This document shows positions 57,080-64,000 of a DNA stretch of 64,000 nucleotides, in pieces. Position numbers and translations under genes: made by a program. The stretch is from a virus. Location: positions 28,063 to 92,062 of IMG/VR virus record IMGVR_UViG_3300028581_000024; one strand, written 5' to 3'. The notes below the pieces were generated by a model. The model was not told the DNA's origin, did no database searches, and was given only the letters and a program-made list of their open reading frames with translations. Within the stretch, counting starts at the first letter, position 1. Every line of letters starts with the position of its first letter.

Positions 57080-57970
57080 ATGCCACAAAATAAAAAAATA
57101 GCATTTGGAGTTAATTTATTTGGAAAATCTATACGCTCGGATCTATGTATTGAGTCTTTAGTTAAGCTAAAAGAAAAATTTCCTGATATTATAGATTTAT
57201 ATAATATACAATTCGAAGATAGAGCTATAGTGGGCAGAGAGCACCTCGCATTTAAAACGCTATATGTACTCAAAGAATCTAATAAAACTCATGTTCCTGC
57301 CTCAGAAAGAACTATTCCTTTGATGCGTGAAATTTTTGATAGGTTGGCTGAATTAAATTATGAGTATTTTGCTTTTACCAATGATGATATAATAGTGTCT
57401 GATCGATTGATAAAGTTTTTTCAAGAAACAGATTATGACACATGGCCTGTAAGCAGGTTAGCAATCGATCCGGTTTCTACTCTTTCCGATCCAATTACTG
57501 GTGATCATTATCAAGTAGCAGGGTTTGATACTTTTATTATAAAAACAAGTTGGTGGAAACAGCATTCACAAAAATTTCCCAATTACATATTAGGTCACCC
57601 GTGTTGGGATGTTCATTATGCAACACTTTGCTTAAGACATGGCAATTCAAGATTTTGTAATGACTGGCCGCCACCTACATTTCATATTAAGCATGATGGC
57701 GGTACACAATACTCTTCTGCTGATCTAGATTATAATAATAGCTTATATTGGCAGCCTTGTAAGTTTGATGTGGATATGTGGCACAACTACTTGTTTAATG
57801 TGCTACTAGTTCGGCCTGGACAAAATTATTGGCAGCCGCATCCTAACGAAGCAGAGCTAGAGAAATTGTATTTTAATGATGAGTGGTTTAAGAATAATTA
57901 CTGGTCGTATGAAGAGTTTCAGCGTAAGCTGGCTGCGCAGTATTTACAAGCTACTGGTTATTACCAGTAA
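57080..57970 (+). CDS. putative GT-A glycosyltransferase
   Basis: FTNDDII (DxD-like), GFDTF, G.PCWD, HIKH. Confidence 0.55.
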   Translation: MPQNKKIAFGVNLFGKSIRSDLCIESLVKLKEKFPDIIDLYNIQFEDRAIVGREHLAFKTLYVLKESNKTHVPASERTIPLMREIFDRLAELNYEYFAFTNDDIIVSDRLIKFFQETDYDTWPVSRLAIDPVSTLSDPITGDHYQVAGFDTFIIKTSWWKQHSQKFPNYILGHPCWDVHYATLCLRHGNSRFCNDWPPPTFHIKHDGGTQYSSADLDYNNSLYWQPCKFDVDMWHNYLFNVLLVRPGQNYWQPHPNEAELEKLYFNDEWFKNNYWSYEEFQRKLAAQYLQATGYYQ

Positions 57971-58827
57971 GTACCATCTTCGACAAGTTTATACCCTTCG
58001 GGAGTTTCTTCTGCGGATGGTCTTGTCCAGAAGTCATTATAAAAATGGTTAAATATCTTCATCTGTTCCCATCTCTTGCCCTTGATACCAAACATAAGCT
58101 GCAGTGAGCCACCTAAGTGAATAGCCTGCTTGTTAATTTGTTTAGCAAATGATGTCAATGGTAAAGAAGATGCACCGGTTCCAATTAACGCCACATCAAA
58201 CTCAACACTAGACATTTGCTGTTTAATATCATCAACCATCTCTTTCCAAGTACTATACTTATTTTTATTACCAGAAATTGCTTTGCTCGTTGGGTGGTAG
58301 ATTGTTTTTAGGTTAAACTCTGGTAAAACTTTGGAATTAGCCCATATATTCTCTCGTTGCTCAAACTGCTTTTTGATAGTTTCAACAAACGGGCTTATAA
58401 CTAAAACATTCTTTCCTTCAAGAGTGCTACTCCAGGGAATTCCGCTATAAAAAGGTTCAAGCGATTGTAGATCAACCAAAACACTATTGGGGTTACGGCT
58501 CTTAATAAAGCGAAGCTCAAAATCTCCTAGACCTCTATTCCATGGAGATATTATGTCCGTATTGGCAACAGCATCAGAGAGTTGTTCTGCAAAGTAAATC
58601 CTTGCTTCTTCCGTTTGTGGAAATACACCTGCATTGATAAAGATTTCACGCTCAATAGTTGGGTTCCAAATAATTGGATTTTGGTTATGGTGCTTTGCAT
58701 GGAAATAGTTGTATGCACACATTAATTCTGCATTACCAATTTTACCTATACAGAAAGGGTCCTTACTTTTAAACTTCTCCAGAATTTCAACAGCACCATC
58801 TAAAAACCCTAAAACATTAAAACTCAT
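57961..58827 (-). CDS. putative glycosyltransferase-associated protein (GT-D-like)
   Basis: GKIGNAE, LEPFY, GKNVLVISPF, FDVALIG.GA, AIHLGGSLQLMFGIKGKRW; start MSFNV at 58827. Confidence 0.55.
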   Translation of the reverse strand: MSFNVLGFLDGAVEILEKFKSKDPFCIGKIGNAELMCAYNYFHAKHHNQNPIIWNPTIEREIFINAGVFPQTEEARIYFAEQLSDAVANTDIISPWNRGLGDFELRFIKSRNPNSVLVDLQSLEPFYSGIPWSSTLEGKNVLVISPFVETIKKQFEQRENIWANSKVLPEFNLKTIYHPTSKAISGNKNKYSTWKEMVDDIKQQMSSVEFDVALIGTGASSLPLTSFAKQINKQAIHLGGSLQLMFGIKGKRWEQMKIFNHFYNDFWTRPSAEETPEGYKLVEDGTYW

Positions 58828-58884
58828 ATAGTATATTAAGATATAGTCTGTTGAAATCCATTGGATGTATAATAAAATTATAAC

Positions 58885-59661
58885 ATGAAGAAAGTACTCG
58901 TAAGCTACGCTACTCCGAATTATTATTTGAGCCAACAATACTTGGTAGCCTCATCAAAACAGTTCTTTAATGCACACGCTTCATATACCCCAGAATTAAT
59001 TGATGAGGCGTTTATAGAGAAAAATAAACATATTTTTACCCTTTCAAGAGGTGGTGGTTACTGGTTATGGAAGCCATATATTATACAGAAAGTACTCTCA
59101 ATGCTTTCGGAAGGAGATTTTTTGTTTTATATAGATAGTGGTAACCTTATTACAGGTGATATTAACTCTTTATTTGATATTTGTACTCGTGATAGCCGTG
59201 GTATATTATTTTTCGATAATAGAGATGGATGTCCCGAGGGCGGTACATGGAAAAATGATATGTGGACTAAGTTTGATTGCTTTGAAGTGATGAAATGTAA
59301 TACAGAAGAATATATTAACGGGAATCAAATTGATGGATCCTATGTTTTAGTACAAAAAAATAAGTTTTCTGTTGATTTCTTCAACGAGTATCTCACGTGG
59401 TGTGAAACAGGAACTATTATTACAGATGAGCCAAGTATACTGGGTAAAGATTATCCGGCGTTTCGACAGCACCGACATGATCAATCTATTTTATCGTTAA
59501 TGGCCATAAAGTACAAATTACCTATATCTCGGGAGCCTTCGGAGTGGGGAAACCATCTAATAAATGAAAAATCTGAATATGGTCAGTTATTCATGCACCA
59601 CAGGGGCGTTCTTGCTCGTTGTGGAGACGTCCTTGACAAATATAAAGTTCAATTCGAATGA
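58885..59661 (+). CDS. putative nucleotide-sugar transferase
   Basis: RGGGYWLWKPYII, YIDSG, HRHDQSILSL. Confidence 0.65.
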   Translation: MKKVLVSYATPNYYLSQQYLVASSKQFFNAHASYTPELIDEAFIEKNKHIFTLSRGGGYWLWKPYIIQKVLSMLSEGDFLFYIDSGNLITGDINSLFDICTRDSRGILFFDNRDGCPEGGTWKNDMWTKFDCFEVMKCNTEEYINGNQIDGSYVLVQKNKFSVDFFNEYLTWCETGTIITDEPSILGKDYPAFRQHRHDQSILSLMAIKYKLPISREPSEWGNHLINEKSEYGQLFMHHRGVLARCGDVLDKYKVQFE

Positions 59662-60593
59662 GTAACCTGGTATACGTTTTTCTTAATAGTCAATTTAATA
59701 GCAACGTAAGTGATAAGAAAACTTACAGTTACCCCTGTCTTCCTGATTATTATCTTAAAACTATAGAGTATAATTCAAAGAACTTTAATAATAGTTATTT
59801 CCTATTACAACAGAGTGAGATTGACAAAATTAAGAACCGTGTACCTTCAAATATTAATCTTATTTCTATTGAAGAGAGTGTTCTCTGTACGGATGAATTT
59901 AAAGTTATATTACAATTATTAGAATCTCTTTGGCCTCGCTACAAAAATGAAGTCTTTTTATATCACGCATTTATGCGCTTAATAATTCTAGGCATTTTTG
60001 TAGAAAAGAATAACCTAGAAAATGTAGTACATTTAGAGGCTGATAATCTTGTTTACTCAAATAATCTCGCACAATTCAGCTCTGTATTCAACGAAGGTGA
60101 GTTCGGTTATAGTGTTGTTTCACCGTTTGTTGCTGCACCTGGAATTCTATACTTTAGAGACAGTAGGGCAGGTAATAATTTTATTAATAGAATTGTAAAG
60201 CTTCTTATAAAAGGAGAAGCTGCTATAAAGCAAGCAACAGGGGTTCATTTTGATTACATTACAGATATGAATTTTCTTGACGTAATTGCGCGTGGACAAA
60301 AGTTTTTTAAATTGTTACCCAGTCTACCTTTTGGTGAACAATCACAAAATTTTGGCCAATTTAATATGCTGTTTGACCCTGCTTCTTATGGTCAATTCTT
60401 AGGGGGTACTAATAATGGTCATCCGCAAGGTTATACTGAACCAGCCCATTTTATTGGTTCACAGATTATTTCAAAACAAATTGAAGTTGTGTTTGATAAA
60501 AAACCGTTTGTTATCTATGAAGGTAAGCAGGTTCCTTTATATAATCTACACTTACATAACAAACAAGTTATAGAGAAGTTTCTCCATGAATAG
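59658..60593 (+). CDS. putative glycosyltransferase
   Basis: HLEADNLVY, DM, FDPASYGQFLGG, NLHLH. Confidence 0.55.
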   Translation: MSNLVYVFLNSQFNSNVSDKKTYSYPCLPDYYLKTIEYNSKNFNNSYFLLQQSEIDKIKNRVPSNINLISIEESVLCTDEFKVILQLLESLWPRYKNEVFLYHAFMRLIILGIFVEKNNLENVVHLEADNLVYSNNLAQFSSVFNEGEFGYSVVSPFVAAPGILYFRDSRAGNNFINRIVKLLIKGEAAIKQATGVHFDYITDMNFLDVIARGQKFFKLLPSLPFGEQSQNFGQFNMLFDPASYGQFLGGTNNGHPQGYTEPAHFIGSQIISKQIEVVFDKKPFVIYEGKQVPLYNLHLHNKQVIEKFLHE

Positions 60594-61365
60594 TGAAAAT
60601 ATTATTACTTCGGATAAATTTCTAGAATTATCAACAAATTATATATCAAGGCAAAAGACCCACATTGATATTACACCAGAAAAAAATATATTCTTTGTTA
60701 AAACAGATTTTTTGGAGTTTTTTGCTACCAATATATTGCCAAAAATTTATTACCCATTTACTCTCATTACTCACGAATCAGATTATCAAATACCAGGTAA
60801 CTATGAACATATTTTAAATAACCCATTTCTTAAGAAATGGTATGGAATGAATGTACACATATTGCATGAAAAGATTCAAGCAATACCAATTGGATTAGCT
60901 AACGCAGAATGGCCACACGGCAATATAGATGCTCTTGTGCGTGTTCTCAGAAAAGACACACCCAAAACTAAATTAGTGTACTGCAATTATAAGATTGAAA
61001 CGAATACTACCGAGCGTATGAAGGCGCTTAAAATGCTAAAAGGGTGTGATTTTATTGATTTTGATTTTAATTTACACTCCTTTGAGGAATATATCGAAAA
61101 GCTTAGCAGCTACAAGTATGTAATATCACCACCAGGTAATAGCATTGACTGTCATAGAGTTTGGGAATCTATCTATGTTAAAACAGTTCCTATCTGTCTT
61201 AAGAGTCTACCGATGGTATATTTTAAGAATTGTCCAATACTCTTTATCAATGACTGGTCGCAGATAACAGAAACTTTTTTACAAGAAAATTACAATAAAT
61301 CAATTGCTAAAAGTACAGAGTTAGCAGATTTTCTTTTCTATGAAAACTTGTTACTTAACAGCTAG
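60586..61365 (+). CDS. exostosin (GT47)-like glycosyltransferase
   Basis: IPIGL, YKYVISPPGNSIDCHRVWESIY...VPI. Confidence 0.65.
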   Translation: MNSENIITSDKFLELSTNYISRQKTHIDITPEKNIFFVKTDFLEFFATNILPKIYYPFTLITHESDYQIPGNYEHILNNPFLKKWYGMNVHILHEKIQAIPIGLANAEWPHGNIDALVRVLRKDTPKTKLVYCNYKIETNTTERMKALKMLKGCDFIDFDFNLHSFEEYIEKLSSYKYVISPPGNSIDCHRVWESIYVKTVPICLKSLPMVYFKNCPILFINDWSQITETFLQENYNKSIAKSTELADFLFYENLLLNS

Positions 61366-62238
61366 TAAGTCTTTGGTGTAGTCGTTAAGACAGTCTTTCC
61401 AATCACGCATATAGTTCTGCTTTAACGAGTTAAGTTTAAAGTTTATTAATGCTTCAGAATATGGGCGCTCGGCAAAATATTCTTTGCTAAAATAATCTGA
61501 TGTTGTGGGTGTTACGATAATGCTTGGGTCAACAAGATTGCAAAAGTGTTTTGCTACATCAAAGCGGCTACAATCGCCACCGCAGACTAAGTGATATAAC
61601 CCTGGTAGTAATCCGGATTGAGCGTATCGTATAATGTTTAGTGAAAATTCATTAGTATATGTTGGAGTGCCTAATTTATCGGTAACAGCAAAAATTTCTT
61701 TTTTACCTTCAAGAATTTGATTGTATATCTTTTTAATAAATTTTTTATCTTTTTGCAAGCTACCCATCATCCAGCCAGCTCGAAAAATATATGCATTTTT
61801 ATATCTTAATACAGCTTTTTCGCCTTCGAACTTACTCTTACCATAGATACTAAGCGGCACGGGAGTATCATACTCAGTATAAGCGTTTTGTTTGCCGTCA
61901 AAAATACCTGCTGTCGAAATATGAATAAGAGGCTTATCTTTTTTTCTAGCTATATGAGTAACGATATCGGCACCGAGAGCATTTGTACTGTAGGTTTGGT
62001 CTTTATGGGTTTCGCAATACTCTAGATCTGTGAGTGCTGCAAAATTAACTATTATATCAGGGTTAAAGGTTTCTATACTCTTATTACAGAAATTATAATC
62101 GGTAATATCGCCATACTTTAACCATTTTTCGTTTACATCTATATCATAAGCATCTATAGAACATGTATTAGAAAAATTATTGTAAAATGCTTTACCGAGC
62201 ATTCCACCACAACCAATAATCCAAATCTTATAGTTCAT
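61351..62238 (-). CDS. rmlD: dTDP-4-dehydrorhamnose reductase-like SDR
   Basis: GCGGMLG, AALTDLEYCE, HISTAGIFDG, P...YGKSK, GTPTY, RP.S. Confidence 0.85.
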   Translation of the reverse strand: MNYKIWIIGCGGMLGKAFYNNFSNTCSIDAYDIDVNEKWLKYGDITDYNFCNKSIETFNPDIIVNFAALTDLEYCETHKDQTYSTNALGADIVTHIARKKDKPLIHISTAGIFDGKQNAYTEYDTPVPLSIYGKSKFEGEKAVLRYKNAYIFRAGWMMGSLQKDKKFIKKIYNQILEGKKEIFAVTDKLGTPTYTNEFSLNIIRYAQSGLLPGLYHLVCGGDCSRFDVAKHFCNLVDPSIIVTPTTSDYFSKEYFAERPYSEALINFKLNSLKQNYMRDWKDCLNDYTKDLLAVK

Positions 62239-62480
62239 AAAATAGTATTAAACTCTTCATTTAATTCAATAAGAATTTCTTGACGACGGCGCTGCAAGCA
62301 TTCACATTTTTCACCACCAGCTCTACGGTCTTCAAGAGGTATAATAGTGTTATTGGATATATTATGATTTTGCATCCATGTAATCCAAAGCTCTGTCAAC
62401 TCCGCTATTAAGTCAACTATTTTATTTGGAATTATAGTAAGTTTTGACATTTTTGACGTGAGTATTTTGCTCGGCTTCAT
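62235..62480 (-). CDS. small helical hypothetical protein
   Basis: 81-aa ORF (true start may be 62450); similar length and pattern to neighbour. Confidence 0.4.
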   Translation of the reverse strand: MKPSKILTSKMSKLTIIPNKIVDLIAELTELWITWMQNHNISNNTIIPLEDRRAGGEKCECLQRRRQEILIELNEEFNTIL

Positions 62481-62682
62481 TTATTACGTTAGTAATCTTT
62501 TCATCAAGAAACCGTATAATAATACCTCTATTCTCGTTTAATACATTCATCTTATTTTCATTTTGAACGTATTCTTCATCAGATATAGACTTATTATGTA
62601 TCTTCTCCCTGCTAGTAAAGATTTTTATATTTTCAATTATAAGCTTATCAATTAACTCAGCTATACTGTATAAATTTGCCAT
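62422..62682 (-). CDS. small helical protein of the type found in glycan loci
   Basis: SIAELIDKLIIENIKI...N..R...I..LD. Confidence 0.5.
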   Translation of the reverse strand: MANLYSIAELIDKLIIENIKIFTSREKIHNKSISDEEYVQNENKMNVLNENRGIIIRFLDEKITNVINEAEQNTHVKNVKTYYNSK

Positions 62683-63626
62683 TATATTATCTCTTTTATC
62701 TTATCAAATAAAGCATGAGTTGTGCTCACAACTGTAGTCTTGCAAACTAGGTCTTTAAACAGTATTGCTTCACCTGCATTGTTACGATTAATAATAATAT
62801 AATTCATTTTACTATTTTTAAGGTTTGGTTTAACCCAAGTAGATATTACTGTTGCGTTACTCGGGCCACAGATAATGTTGCAATTTATACTAACTCTAGC
62901 GGTCTTAAAGAGATCAGGTTCTCCATAATAATCGCGTAAATTTATAACTCTAGGATGCCTAACAACGCTTGGCTGACTGGTGTAAATGACAACATGCTCG
63001 TTATTTTTAAGTTCGTCAATAAAGGGTGAAAAGTTGGCGTTATCCGATTGACCAGATGTAGCCATTTGATTGAAAATAAGAATTTTTTTATAATTTAAAT
63101 CATTTATAAAAGGTATGGAGTTTAAGTCAAAATTTTCATCATATAAGTCCATCAAATATTCGTTTTTATTCTTCCACATGTGACTCAGGTCAAATGTTGT
63201 ATTGTGAGTAGCATTGATGTTGCTCACAACTTGTTGAAAACATTTTAAATGCAAATCGTAATTATAGATAATACCATCCTCGTTACGAATATCTTTTGTG
63301 AACTCAATGCCTTTGACAGAGTCAGAAGGTTGCACACATGGGGGTGCAAACCATGTATTAATATACAGTACCCGATCTACTACTTTAAACTCCACAGATC
63401 TTTCTGATTCGCCTTGACCAATAGGTATACTGTTAATATCAATATGCTCTTCAACTATATCCTTTATATAATGATGGTTGTAGTAATTGGCAATTGCAGT
63501 TTTTTTACTAGGAAACTGCTTTAACAGCTCTTTCATAAATATTTTGGCAATCAAAGTGTCACCTAGGTGACCGTGATTAAAGAATACTACTTTATCAAAT
63601 GAATCAATAAAACTAATGTGTCCCAT
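62682..63626 (-). CDS. putative GT-B (GT9-like) glycosyltransferase
   Basis: GHLGDTL, SGQS, IICGPSN. Confidence 0.5.
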   Translation of the reverse strand: MGHISFIDSFDKVVFFNHGHLGDTLIAKIFMKELLKQFPSKKTAIANYYNHHYIKDIVEEHIDINSIPIGQGESERSVEFKVVDRVLYINTWFAPPCVQPSDSVKGIEFTKDIRNEDGIIYNYDLHLKCFQQVVSNINATHNTTFDLSHMWKNKNEYLMDLYDENFDLNSIPFINDLNYKKILIFNQMATSGQSDNANFSPFIDELKNNEHVVIYTSQPSVVRHPRVINLRDYYGEPDLFKTARVSINCNIICGPSNATVISTWVKPNLKNSKMNYIIINRNNAGEAILFKDLVCKTTVVSTTHALFDKIKEII

Positions 63627-63650
63627 CTTTAATTTAAGAATATTAGTCAG

Positions 63651-64000
63651 TTATGCAACAGGCGGCTGCAAGTTCTCTCTACCACTATGGCTTTGTGGTT
63701 TTTTATATAGCTTTTTAAAGTCTATAAAACTCTTATCGCTAGAATTGCAACGATGATACATTTTATACACTTTTTCTGTAGTTTTAATTTTTTCAATTAT
63801 GTATGAAATACATGTATCAATAATATGAAATTCGGAACAATTTTCAAAAACTTTACACCAGTCAAATACCTCATAGCCATCAAATTGTTGTACCTTAATT
63901 ATTTTTTTATCTGTTGGGTGAGGAATGATCCATTTACTTTCATGACCAGGTGATCCAATAATATCGTTTGTTACAATATATTCTTCATTTCTTTAAGTTG
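63651..64000 (-). CDS. partial glycan-locus gene (3' part; probable frameshift near window edge)
   Basis: own translation: NEEYIVTND...VFDWCKVFENCSEFHIIDTCISYIIEK...PVA*; not in ORF track because no start codon. Confidence 0.5.

Noticed and set aside
459-57273. Many short ORF-track entries antisense to or overlapping real genes (e.g. 6075-6308, 7055-7420, 10564-10887, 12724-13122, 28056-28484, 40292-40681, 55624-55956)
   Set aside because: Shadow frames of well-supported genes; no promoter geometry or recognisable motifs.
1-64000. CRISPR array, tRNA/rRNA genes, alternative genetic code
   Set aside because: Intergenic gaps are almost all under 100 bp with no spaced repeats or cloverleaf seen by eye; TAA, TAG and TGA all end conserved genes at expected positions.
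63986-64000. In-frame TAA near the window edge in the last gene as a real pseudogene
   Set aside because: Adding one A to an A-run restores QLKENEEY; probably a homopolymer error and cannot be judged at the edge.

Overview
A 64-kb, AT-rich, very densely coded segment of a large T4-like myovirus genome (standard genetic code). It carries T4-type tail, baseplate and packaging genes (sheath, tube, tube initiator, hub, wedge, neck, small and large terminase) and a T4-type replisome and recombination set (PolB, clamp, clamp loader, primase, helicase, SSB, UvsX/Y/W, gp46/47, late sigma gp55, dUTPase). It also carries a dispersed 7-deazaguanine pathway (folE, queD, queE, queC plus an Ntn glutamine amidotransferase), PhoH, and a glycan-biosynthesis island at the right end. 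Beyond the routine annotation: (1) about 18 late-expressed ORFs start with T4 internal-protein-like capsid-targeting peptides. These include a translationally coupled trio (PD-(D/E)XK nuclease-like, HxGH nucleotidyltransferase, KxDG ligase/capping-fold protein) and a retropepsin-like protease, suggesting an enzymatic payload packed in the head and injected. (2) Both promoter classes (TTGANN-N16-TAnnnT and late nnTAAATA) usually sit only 4-8 nt upstream of the start codon, implying a largely leaderless transcriptome. (3) QueC has lost three of its four Zn-binding cysteines. (4) Local regulatory devices occur: an RBS-sequestering hairpin with a late promoter in its loop, an 11-codon uORF before the sheath gene, and a nested in-frame gene. 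All product calls come from motif recognition and synteny; no database search was run.
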